Shown: piece after piece, positions 1 to 12,409 of the stretch
Layout: every line of letters starts with the position of its first letter
Numbering within the stretch: the first letter of the stretch is position 1
DNA from: Pecten maximus
Lineage: Eukaryota
Length of the DNA stretch: 64,000 nucleotides
Direction of reading: 5' to 3'
Assembly: GCF_902652985.1 (NCBI RefSeq)
Contig: NC_047033.1
Span: 10,106,001 to 10,170,000 of the forward strand
Notes under the pieces: generated by a model
Databases searched by the model: none
What the model was told of the DNA's origin: nothing
Seen by the model: the letters and a program-made list of their open reading frames with translations, nothing else
Program-made: the position numbers and the translations under genes

Positions 1-435
1 CGCCACAGCGTCAAAAGAAGACTGGTGTCTCTAGGGAAAATAAAGTGAGGAAGATTGAAAAAATAGACAGACAGAAAAAGATTAGACGTCAAACTAAGTA
101 AACGTCTTGATTGAGATTGACGTACAAGTGAGAATGAAATAAAACTAATAAGAGTGATAAGTAACAACGCCATAGAACAATTTATACCAGCTTGACAGTT
201 ATATTGAGCAAGCGTGTACTTAAAAAAGTGGGGAAAATACTAAAAACTGGTCAACAAACGTTTGTCGACGATTAATTTTGGGACACCAAAACTCGTATTC
301 TGATAAAATGTATGCAAAGTCTACAGTAAACATTTCTAAGATGTCTGCTGTATTGGAGATATTTTCCTAGTTCCTTTCATATGAGGTGCTACATGGAGTT
401 CCGAAAATCATGTACAAGACAAAGATCTAAAACTG

Positions 436-3400
436 CATCATACAGCTGTTTCATCAGTGATGTTAGGGACATCATACAGCTGTTTCGTCTGTGTGGGACT
501 CGTCAGTGATGTTAGGGACGTCATACAGCTGTTTCGTCTGTGTGGGACTCGTCAGTGATGTTAGGGACATCATACAGCTGTTTCGTCTGTGTGGGACTCG
601 TCAGTGATGTTAGGGACGTCATACAGCTGTTTCATCAGTGATGTTAGGGACATCATACAGCTGTTTCATCAGTGATGTTAGGGACATCATACTGCTGTTT
701 CATCAGTGATGTTAGAAACATCATACAGCTGTTTCATCAGTGTAGGACTCGTCAGTGATGTAATGGACATCATACAGCTGTTTCGTCAATGTAGGACTCG
801 TCAGTGATGTTAGGGATATCATACAGCTGTTTCATCAGTGATGTTAGGGACATCATACAGCTGTTTCATCAGTGTAGGACTCGTCAGTGATGTTATGGAC
901 ATCATACAGCTGTTTCGTCAATGTAGGACTCGTCAGTGATGTTAGGGATATCATACAGCTGTTTCATCAGTGATGTTAGGGACATCATACAGCTGTTTCA
1001 TCAGTGTAGGACTCGTCAGTAATGTTAGGGACAACATACAGCTGTTTCATCAGTGATGTTAGGGACATCATACTGCTGTTTCATCAGTGATGTTAGAGAC
1101 ATCATACAGCTGTTTCATCAGTGTAGGACTCGTCAGTGATGTTAGGGACACCGTACAGCTGTTTCATCAGTGTAGGACTCGTCAGTGATGTTAGGGATAT
1201 CATACAGCTGATTGGTCAATGTAGGACTCGTCAGTGATGTTAGGGATATCATACAGCTGTTTCATTAGTGATGTTAGAGACATCATACAGCTGTTTCGTC
1301 AATGTAGGACTCGTCAGTGAGGTTCGGGATATCATACAGCTGTTTCATCAGTGATGTTAGGGACATCATACAGCTGTTTCATCAGTGATGTTAGAGACAT
1401 CATACAGCTCTTTCATCAGTGATGTTAGAGACATCATACAGCTGTTTCATCAGTGTATGACTCGTCAGTAATGTTAGGGACATCATACAGCTGTTTCATC
1501 AGTGATGTTAGGGACATCATACAGCTGTTTCATCAGTGATGTTAGAGACATCATACAGCTGTTTCATCAGTGATGTTAGAGACATCATACAGCTGTTTCA
1601 TCAGTGTAGGACTCGTCAGTGATGTTAGGGACATCATACAGCTGTTTCGTCAATGTAGGACTCGTCAGTGATGTTAGGGACATCATACAGCTGTTTCCTC
1701 AATGTAGGACTCGTCAGTGATGTTAGGGATATCATACAGCTGTTTCGTCAATGTAGGACTCGTCAGTGATGTTAGGGATATCATACAGCTGTTTCATCAG
1801 TGATGTTAGAGACATCATTCAGCTGTTTCATCAGTGATGTTAGAGACATCATACAGCTGTTTCATCAGTGTAGGACTCGTCAGTGATGTTAGGGACACCG
1901 TACAGCTGTTTCATCAATGTAGGACTCGTCAGTGATGTTAGGGATATCATACAGCTGATTCATCAGTGATGTTAGAGACATCATACAGCTGTTTCATCAG
2001 TGTAGGACTCGTCAGTGATGTTAGGGACATCATACAGCTGTTTCGTCAATGTAGGACTCGTCAGTGATGTTAGAGACATCATACAGCTGTTTCATCAGTG
2101 TAGGACTCGTCAGTGATGTTAGGGACGTCATACAGCTGTTTCGTCAATGTAGGACTCGTCAGTGATGTTATGGACATCATACAGCTGTTTCGTCAATGTA
2201 GGACTCGTCAGTGATGTTAGGGACATCATACAGCTGTTTCGTCAATGTAGGACTCGTCAGTAATGTTAGGGGTATCATACAGCTGTTTCATCAGTGATGT
2301 TAGGGACATCATACAGCTGTTTCGTCAATGTAGGACTCGTCAGTGATGTTAGGGACATCATACAGCTGTTTCGTCAATGTAGGACTCGTCAGTGATGTTA
2401 AGGACATCATACAGCTGTTTCATCAGTGTATTAGGGACATCATACAGCTGTTTCATCAGTGTATTAGGGACATCATACAGCTGTTTCATCAGTGTAGGAC
2501 TCGTCAGTGATGTTAAGGACATCATACAGCTGTTTCATCAGTGTATTAGGGACATAATACAGCTGTTTCATCAGTGTATTAGGGACATCATACAGCTGTT
2601 TCATCAGTGTAGGACTCGTCAGTGATGTTAGGGACACCGTACAGCTGTTTCATCAATGTAGGACTTGTCAGTGATGTTAGGGATATCATACAGCTGTTTC
2701 ATCAGTGTAGGACTCGTCAGTAATGTTAGGGCCATCATACAGCTGTTTCATCAGTGATGTTAGGGACATCATACTGCTGTTTCGTCAATGTAGGACTCGT
2801 CAGTGATGTTAGGGACATCATACAGCTGTTTCGTCAATGTAGGACTCGTCAGTGATGTTAGGGATATCATACAGCTGTTTCATCAGTGATGTTAGAGACA
2901 TCATACAGCTGTTTCGTCAATGTAGGACTCGTCAGTGATGTTAGGGACATCATACAGCTGTTTCATCAGTGATGTTAGGGACATCATACTGCTGTTTCAT
3001 CAGTGATGTTAGGGACATCATACAGCTGTTTCATCAGTGTAGGACTCGTCAGTGATGTTAGGGACACCGTACAGCTGTTTCATCAGTGATATCAGGGACA
3101 TCATACAGCTGTTTCGTCAATGTGGTACTCGTCAGTGATGTTAGGGATATCATACAGCTGTTTCATCAGTGATGTTAGAGACATCATACAGCTGTTTCGT
3201 GAATGTAGGACTCGTCAGTGATATTAGGGACATCATACAGCTGTTTCGTCAATGTAGGACTCGTCAGTGATGTTAGGGACATCATTCAGCTGTTTCGTCA
3301 TTGTGGGACTCGTCAGTAATGTTAGGGATATCATACAGCTGTTTCATCAGTGATGTTAGGGACATCATACAGCTGTTTCGTCAATGTAGGACTCGTCAGT

Positions 3401-3896
3401 GATGTTAGGGACATCATACAGCTGTTTCGTCAATGTAGGACTCGTCAGTGATGTTAGGGACATCATACAGCTGTTTCATCAGTGATGTTAGGGACATCAT
3501 ACTGCTGTTTCATCAGTGATGTTAGGGACATCATACAGCTGTTTCGTCAGTGTAGGACTCGTCAGTGATTTTATCGACATCACACAGATATCGCGTCCTT
3601 GGACTCGTCAGCGATGTTAATGACGTCATTTAGTCCTGCTAGATCTCGTCAGTGATGCTAGGGACATTGTAAAGCTGTTTTGTTTTTCTAGTTCTCATCA
3701 GTGATGTTAAGGACATCATACAGCCCTTCGTCCTGCTAGATCTCGTCAGTGATGTTAAGGACATCATACAGCTGTTTCGGCCTTCTAGGAATCGTCAGTG
3801 ATGTTAAAGACATCATACAGCCGTTCGTCCTACTAGAACTCGTCAGTGATGTAGGGACATCATACAGCCGTTCGTCCTGCTAGGACTCGTCAGTGA
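436..3896 (-). ncRNA. Tandem array (~80 units) of hammerhead ribozyme monomers (49-nt full units mixed with 33-34-nt stem-II-less units)
   Basis: The reverse complement of the unit catcatacagctgtttcgtcaatgtaggactcgtcagtgatgttaggga reads acatca CTGACGA gtc-ctacatt-gac GAAAC agct GTA tgatgt cccta. This gives the conserved core CUGANGA/GAAA/NUH, stem I acauca:ugaugu, stem II GUC:GAC and palindromic stem III ACAGCUGU. Unit count is extrapolated from 31 units counted in the first ~1250 bp. Confidence 0.9.
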
Positions 3897-3954
3897 AACC
3901 AAAAGACAAGACGTCATTCTAATCCCTTCGCGTCTGAGAGCCAACGAAAATGAA

Positions 3955-4290
3955 AGAAGTTATGAAGTTTCATGGAAAGTCAGTAGGTCAAGGACGTCAA
4001 AATTCTATTTATAAATACAATCAACTTATTTTTTCCCCAGATGGTCGTTGCACCAAATCCTAAATGATGATTATGTTGCGACCAAGTCTATGCCGTTTCA
4101 TGATAATCAGATTAAAACTGATATCAGTAGTGGAGGGATGGCGTCGAAATTAGCTTTATGATAATGGTGACCTCATTTTTTACCCAAGATAGTTGAAACA
4201 CAAAATCCTACAAAATGTGATGCTGTGGCCACGTGTATGAAATTTTATGACAATTTGATTAAAAAATGAAATCGGTAAAGCAATGACGCC
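3955..4290 (+). repeat. Degenerate ~130-147 bp tandem units of a Helentron/HINE-like bivalve-type repeat
   Basis: Recurrent tatg..tttcatga..atcagattaaaa motif at ~3961, ~4089 and ~4236, plus a duplicated 'cccagatggt..caaatccta' block. Family assignment is inference. Confidence 0.45.
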
Positions 4291-4343
4291 ATCGGAGTTA
4301 CCTACGCGCTTACTGCATACGGGTATCTGGATCACATCAACGA

Positions 4344-4498
4344 NNNNNNNNNNNNNNNNNNNNNNNNNNNNNNNNNNNNNNNNNNNNNNNNNNNNNNNNN
4401 NNNNNNNNNNNNNNNNNNNNNNNNNNNNNNNNNNNNNNNNNNNNNNNNNNNNNNNNNNNNNNNNNNNNNNNNNNNNNNNNNNNNNNNNNNNNNNNNNN
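4344..4498. other. Assembly gap (N run)
   Basis: 155 consecutive N. Confidence 1.
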
Positions 4499-7400
4499 AT
4501 TCAGCCTGTCTCAATGGGAAATTTCGCATATTTGCTCATAAATAATGAGTTATATTAGAATAGAATCTCACACTCCTATTAATTCAATATGGAACTGATT
4601 AAACACTTTAAGAGTCGCGTCATATCCAACATTTAACATGATATGATATCCTGTATTTGGAAGTAATGTAAAACTCGCTACCTCTTGATGGGTAAAGCTG
4701 GAATGAATGGTAAACAATTGTAAAAAGCACACACAAGGTATAAACATCTGATTGTAGTCGTATTGGATTACAGTATTGGCCTCTGGACGGGCGGTTCTGT
4801 AGATGGCCTATATCACAATGCAGCTCTAGCTGAATATTCAAAAGTAAGAAGCGAAACCAACGTGTCCACAATTAACTCTAATTCGATACAACAGGAGAAA
4901 ATCATTAACAAATATAATGGTACACAAGACAATCATTAAAATAGTACAAGGAAGATAAAACCATTTGAAACCACCTCTAGAAATCCTGTTTGCATCAGCG
5001 TTGATATCTATTACAAAAATTGTAATATTGGAAACAATCCCTAGGATATAGAACTGTGACAATTTAACTCAGAAAGTTCGTGAAGCAGGAATGTCATTGT
5101 CTAGAAATGGAATATTGAATTTGGGAAATCGAAAACATAAAACTTATCATATTGCTTTGCAATAAATTGTTATAAAGACTGACTCTTTAGTATACATTGT
5201 ACTTGATTTCAATTACTATGGGTCATATCCTACCGATATGATCAATTGATTTCTTGCTATCTTGCTTCGATGAATCAGGCCTCCTTTGAAAGCAAACACC
5301 TTATATTCTAATAACGAATTGTTTTTGTCCCTGTTTACTGTTCTGATATTCGCTTCGATTGATCAGGCCTTCTATGAAAGTAAAAACAAATACTTCCTTA
5401 CTCTACACTCGACTAGAGAAAAAAATTATAACTGAACAAATCCAGAGATGGGTTTGACACTCTGCAATGTACCATTGGAACCATTAAACTGAAGAACATG
5501 GTAAGAGGTACCATTGCACTTATATTGATATGATATTTTCAACATGTCGCCTAGGTAGCTTGCATGCCATCATGAAATTGGTCTTTTGGTCAAGAATTTA
5601 AGTTGGGTAATACTAGTATGTGGAGAGATCCTAAATCACCCACACATCAGGACGTCACTCACCAAAACATTGCTGGACAGATCCTTATATAAACATGCAC
5701 CGAAATTACATTTTCCCCTGGCACGAGATTTTGTGACTTATTGTTTTGCGTCTGATAATGGAAAATATATTGTTTTTAGACCTTATTATATTGTCTTTTA
5801 TTATCTTTATAGTTTATCGGCACACAATTAATCTGTGGCGTTGTCTGAAGACATTTAAGAAAGTCAAAAAGATTTTCAAGGAAATGTACTTGCTTTTTAA
5901 GAACCAATATAGGAAAACGATTGAAGTTTGTGGCTTATTATTCTTTTTCACCTTTTCTACATTCAGACTTTGTAAATTCAATCAAACGATTCATCTTGTG
6001 AGAAAATATATGTACGTAAATCTTCAATTCAAAATAATATGTTATATCGAAATATACATGTACGCTCTATGTAAAGTGATTGTCTTTTAGTATCAACTTG
6101 CATATACCTCATTCATGATAGCAATTTAAAGAGAGTTATGATTTTCAATAATTTGTAGAATGTTTTTGAGCAAAAAATGTAAACGTGATTGTCGTTAAGC
6201 TGACACTGGGCTGGGCAGCCTTGATATGGAAACTACAATGTACATAGTTACATTGAGCACTGTCAGCTTGACTTCACTTTCAACGAAATCCATTGCATTT
6301 TCCACGCATTTAAAAAAATAGTCTTTTTTTCCCTAACTGAGGAGATTTGGAATAAAAGTTACAAATAGTCTTACATTATCTTTTTATTGATGTAAAAAAA
6401 AAACCTGTTCATTACTGAACCTCGGACAATCTATACTAGGGCTGAGTTCACGCAGCGCCATCAAGAAAGACGCAAAACGGAAAACTCGACATTAGGAGAA
6501 AGTCGCGCTTCATTAAAACCCATAACAGTTAAAAGCTTAACAGCCGAAACATGTAGTAAATATTACCAAACGAGACCGCTATGAGACATTCGTCATCACA
6601 AAGTAAAAAGCTTTCTTCGAAAAATCTTTATTAGACTAAATCGTTCTTCCGCAATGACGATTCTATATGTGGCGAATTTCTCACCAGTAACGATTGTGCT
6701 TACGTTCTGGAAACGACTTTTGGCGCATTAAATAAACTGATTGAAAGAGACCGATGTTTAGATTATTTTGCCATTATGATATTAACCAAGGCAAAAATAA
6801 CAGTTATTGTCACTAATATGGATTGAAATGATTTCGCATGATTATTGTTAACATATTAATAAAAAAAAACATACATTCATTGATAATGGAATCATGCAGG
6901 ATTGAAAGTATGCTCTGGTAGATAAGAAAGACAAGTGATTTGAGTATGAATACACTATGTTCATGTGACAACACAGGTGTTATTGGTATTGGCGGAAAAC
7001 GAGAAAAAGACGAAAAAAATGCTGAACAAAATAAAAATATATTAAATATATACATAAATGAATATGCCATAAATTTGTAAATCTGTAGAATGTGAAGTTA
7101 TAAGCATGCCTATGACAACAAGTGGATATTTTTCTATTTCCATGTATTGGAAGTTTCTCAATGGATATCAAATTGTCAATAATCTTGTGTGTGAAAGCAA
7201 CAATTTGCTACCACTAGAAACACAACTCACGAACTTGGTTGGATACAAAGAACGAGTACAACCTTATAACAATGACATAGGTTATGAAAATAAAGTGGAC
7301 ATTCTTAATCTCGAAAATAAGAATGATTTGAAAGTGATAAACATAACTCGAAAATAAGCCGGCATCAGAAGAAGCTATATTGTTATATAATACCAACGTG

Positions 7401-7647
7401 GATAAATGACCAAGATAATTTCACAGTAAGACGAAGATACGTTAATCACAATTCCTGTTATCAATTAATTATTTGATTCAGTCACATGAATTCCATATTG
7501 GGTTAATCCCAGAGTCACGTGACTAAATTTCTCATCAGCTGATTAGTACAAAAGCCATAAAATGACAATGGTAAGTTTTTCTACACCTAAAGGGTACTTC
7601 AACAATCTAAAGGTAACTGTCAGAGAAGGAGATGGAACCAGAAGGAT

Positions 7648-7850
7648 TTGTTTATTTATTTATTTATTTATTTATTTTTGTAACAAACATCATTAATGGT
7701 ATGGTGAAGGCAAAGAGCTGACTTGAAAGAATCTGTTGTGTGCCTGAAGGCGATAACTGGAGGAAGCTTGTTCCACTCAGGTATGGTTTGAGAGAAGAAT
7801 GTAGCCTTTCTCGTCCAAGGTTTATAATGGAAAAATTGTTGGAGAGGTTT
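7648..7850 (-). mobile_element. 3' fragment of a CR1/L2-type LINE with (TAAA)n tail
   Basis: The minus strand translates RKATFFSQTIPEWNKLPPVIAFRHTTDSFKSAL, matching the typical ORF2 C-terminus (FFPRTIxEWNxLP...SFKxxL). It is followed by (AAAT)n. Confidence 0.75.
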
Positions 7851-8034
7851 GATGAATATGCATGGACTATGTCACGGTATTACATTTGCTTAATTTAAAC
7901 GTATTTTCTTTCATTATTTGGGATCGACTTCCGCGCAACAGCCATTGTAAACTTATGTGCATGTATCATACATTCCACCACAATATGTCGGTGTTATTCA
8001 AGTACAAAGATATGAATTAATCATTACAACTGCT

Positions 8035-8560
8035 GAAAACAGTTTATACCACTTAAGGAATAAACTGTAAAAGCGTTTAGAATGATTGACACGCTGACCC
8101 TTTGACTGGGACTATTTCTTAATCACAGCGTTCAATGGGTTTTGTTTGGCCAATAATTGGAGGCCGCTTCAGGGGGGCGCGAAGTAGTTTTTGTGATGGT
8201 TATGTTTTTTAGGTCGATTCCTATCAAGGTAATAAACATGCGAATTATTTGTTACGATTAACAATAAATTGTAGTATATGCACATATTTCCGAAAAGGTC
8301 AGTTTTGGATATTAATTAGCGGGATTTTAATTTAGGTCATATCCTTACACCCCTTACTGATATTATGAAAATAACACAAGTTGACTCAAATAGGTCCTTT
8401 CAGAAAAGCTTTTCTATTGTGGCAGAAAAAGGTCACACATCTCGTGGCTGTTGTAAATGGTATTTCTTTCACTCTCGCTAAAACTCTTGTTTTTGTAAAT
8501 TTTGAAAAATAAATAACTCGAGTAAAAGAAATATATACAACAACCACTCGTTGTGTAATC
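8035..8560 (+). mobile_element. Non-autonomous dispersed repeat, copy 1 (inverted copy at 25350-25945)
   Basis: Colinear reverse-complement similarity to 25350-25945, e.g. gttcaatgggttttgtttggc / gccaatcaaaacccattgaac and acaaccactcgttgtgta / tacacagcgagtggttgctgta. Confidence 0.75.
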
Positions 8561-9572
8561 TCTGTATAAACAATGAGCGGATATCATGTATCTATCCGCG
8601 TACCATGAGGACGTCTCCTAAAGACAATTAATCAGTCAGTTAGTTAGTTAGTTAGTTAGTTGTTTACCACTTACTGAATAGATGGGGGATACCCTACCCC
8701 ATCGTGCAAGGATTGAAAATGACATGTTATTTAAGAGTAAGTTGACAGTACTCTGTGACTATTGTCTTGTCTATTTAGCTATTGAAAGTGTGGCTACTTT
8801 GCTGGCTGTCTGTACTCCATAAACAACAGCCAGGCTATCACGCCAGACCTCAATACATAAGCCGTCTCCGACCTACGTTAGGTAACATCCCGGAAATGTC
8901 TAAGGACACAATGTCAGGCTAAATCTAGCGAGAGCTTTCTATACGAGTATTGCGTTCTCGGTGTAATAAACGGTAAACTCTTGCTAAATTGTATAAGCAT
9001 CACAGAACGCACTGCAGCAATGCTACTTGGAATATTCGAATATGTTATATCGCATGTTTTAATGAATGCAATTACATGTACATCCTATCTGGTAACACGT
9101 TGGTTGGTAAAACACTGTTGATTCTGACGTCAGTATCGACATTGATTTATCAAATAAAATATTGCGATAGAAATACTAGTTTTGGCATATACCTCTTTGC
9201 ATCAAGGTAACACCCTCTACCCAGTCCTGTGTAGGAGTCACAGTGCTCGCCTCTTTAAATTCTACCAGGTCGATGTCATGGGTGATAGGTCCCTGATGAA
9301 AGTTCCCACAGATCAAATTTTGTATATTTCGTAATTGTTTTAGTTCGTTAATGGAGGCTTTTAAAAATCTTTTTGATCAAAAGAGAGAAAAGAATTGTTT
9401 CATGCATTTTGTCAACGGATCTGAAACACAAAGTTATACATGTATTATTCACCTTCTATATATATATGTATATATCAAAAAATAGTAATTGACAATCCAA
9501 GGCATGACTTGCACTCTGTCACCTACAACATTTTTGACATATACAATATATATATACATATATACATGTTCA

Positions 9573-9613
9573 GTCGCCTGAAGAAGCCTGAAAGGGCAGA
9601 AATCCATAGCGGC
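9573..9613 (+). ncRNA. Candidate minimal type I hammerhead ribozyme (different family from the arrays)
   Basis: gtcgc CTGAAGA a gcct-gaaa-gggc a GAAA t-cc-a TA gcggc. Stem I is 5 bp, stem II is 4 bp with a GAAA tetraloop, stem III is 2 bp, the triplet is AUA, and 10.1/11.1 is an A.A mismatch. Confidence 0.55.
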
Positions 9614-12409
9614 ATAGTCTTGTTTTTTTGTTATTTTTCAGACAATATACATGTATATGTAGTCTGTATAGGTAAGTATGTGTGAAAGTTGTCTTTACTG
9701 TATCATGTGAATACTTTATATGGGAAATCTGTATAAAAATGTCAAAAGTGAATTCCTCTTGCTTTGTGTGATAAATAATATCTTACATTCGTGTCAACGA
9801 TATATGCAAACATCAAGCTCATTCAATGAGTTGATATGATACCTCTTTCCTGAAGGCTCGTTCGATTTTCAGGGACACTGATTCAATATACTCTTCCTCG
9901 CAGATGAATTGAATTGTACCTGACCTAAATTTACTGTATACAAATGATTTTCATATTGTTAAAACATTTCTGAAAAAGTGCTCAAAATTCGGAGCCTTTG
10001 TTAAGCATTATAATTTGTTCTTGCAATGCTTTGTCGTGATTACGTAACTATGTAGTGATTGTTGCGAAAATGCTGAATGAGGACTTCGTCGTTTGAGCAC
10101 TTTATGTAACAAAAACGGTACAAAATATTAAAATTACCTCGAACGCTTGAAATGCTTCATCTACATTTCCGCTGACGGGGCAATTTCGTTCCTTCGTCAG
10201 CGCAGCCCGGCGTAACTTCCTTAGGTCATAGGCCGCCATTTTATGACGTAAAAGGTCAGGTGACGACGACACAAAACAAATCGATGTAGTCACATGCACA
10301 GTAATGCATTGTGACGTCACATGTCGAAGTAGCAGAAATCACGCACTGATAAAAAGGTATCCAATTTGCATGCTTCACAAAACATATGAGAATATCATAG
10401 ACTACATATTTAAATCACGACAATTTTTTCCACACATTTTCCTTAAGAAGTGAATCAATCTCCATAGAATTATCCAGCGACAATTATAAAATTCATCTTC
10501 AAGAATCACAGAATGTATTACACTGTTCATACATACAATTAACCTCTTCTGTTTTCACCATTTCATACAATTGTATACAAAGTCTGAATAGAATGCTATA
10601 AGTATGAAAACGAAGGCAGATTTTGAAATATCTCTTTTTTCCAAGATAATCTTCCACTGTCAAATATAATAAATATCTCTAATCCATTTTGTGGCAGTGC
10701 ACTTCCGATTTATAGTGTTTTTATTTCCGTTCCTGGCACTCGTACATAATAAGATCTTTAAATAGACTACCAATGTGACAAGTCTAATCGAAATGTGCCT
10801 GTACACACGATATCGCCGACAAAGCCTCCACTGCCCAATGTCTCAACGATTTAGGATTTTATGAGTTTGGTTTATACGGATGTAATATCGACAAAATAGG
10901 AAGTGACAAGTACGGCCGTAAAACAAAGTCTGACTGATATTTTTTTTTAATTTAGATTTTGTGTATTGTTTTCTGAATCTATGAAATATATTCATCATAC
11001 ATTTCTCGCTGTGATTATTTCATTAGTTCTAAAATCGTTTAACGCTGGATTTATTGTCTTCAAATTGAAATGGGGATGTATTTAGTCAGCAGTTTTGTAA
11101 AATAAATACAATATATGTAACCTATTTAGTAGGTATGTTTATCGTAGCGTGTGCTCTCCAAAATCAATGCGTGCTTAATTCAAACTCGGTCAAACAGACA
11201 GTGAGCGGGAACCTTCAGCGTGTTATTGAACCATAAACTCTCAGCTTGATCTATAGGAGAAAACATCACCAAGAGGTCTTCACATGAGCACGTGCATGAA
11301 GTTGATTTCCCTTAAGCGCGTGCATGAGTAACATAACAACTTACTCCAAATCTCATGGTGACTTTAAATAGCATTTGTTAATTTTCATTTTCAAGTTTCC
11401 GACTCATAAATTTAGTCAATGAAAACTCCTTTAAAAGCGCTTGAAGGCATTACTGTCTTTGAACGGTCTCTGTGATACCGCAGTCAGAATATTGCTGCTA
11501 CATACGAGGCTTTCGCATTAAAATATATTTCATTAACTCTTGTTTGATGCAAAGCGAAACATAATCTCACTGAAATGGTGTGAAATTCGATTCTCACAAT
11601 CACTTAATGATCATCGAGCCTTTTGGACCTGCTATTAGTCATACGAAATTTGGTCCTCTGCGCAAACAGGTTCCGGAAGTAAGCGCCAGGCGTATGTCTA
11701 TTACCTGGTTCAGAGTTAATGAAAGGTAACGTCACGGAAGAGATTCGAAATGGTTTCCTGCGTTTTGCTGAAAGCAATGACCGATATGAGAGAGACACTA
11801 GCAGGACAGATATCCGTTTCTAAATTGTTGAATGATTATAAATCAAAGTATTGGAAACATACACCGTGTTCGATAATTGAATGGGTGTTATTTGCTCTGA
11901 AAGTCACGACCGGTGTCGTGTGTATCAGTAGTTGCTATAGCTACGGATTTGATCACTAGGTAACGCTATTCTATTAGTTCCACATGCCACAAGATGGGTT
12001 TATATGAGTTTTGCAAATCAATGCTTCCTTGGTGTCACCGGCGGGGTAATATTTCTATAACGTATGAATAATTTTCTCACAAACGATGCACTTTTTGTTC
12101 AAGATTTCAGTCTGATTAGAGTAGATTTGGAAGTCGGTAAAGCTCCATCAATTTCATTTTTTAATACGACACTAGCCACACAACATTTATAACAATTTCA
12201 TATTCCAGATAGGGTTTCATTAAATGTGATGTATATCTCAAAAGAATAGCAAGGGAAGCTGACAAGTCTTGAGTGTAAAACTGTTGTCATAGTAACCAGA
12301 TGGTTAATATTCGTTGCAAAAGTGAATTCTGGTTGTTGTTGTTTTTTGTTTCTCTATTGAAGTTGCATGTCTTTTCATTTGTATCATATGGTATGGTAAT
12401 ATATTGAAC

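Noticed and set aside
2392-2625. Repetitive ORF (TSYSCFISVLG)n
   Set aside because: By-product of 33-nt satellite units; the frame shifts with unit length
436-3896. CRISPR array
   Set aside because: There are no unique spacers and no cas genes, the variable segments are a few recurring variants, and the context is eukaryotic
10170-10202. Minus-strand CUGACGA..GAAA..GUC hammerhead-like string
   Set aside because: No stem II, stem III or stem I pairing; it is a simple cgctgacg/cgtcagcg inverted repeat
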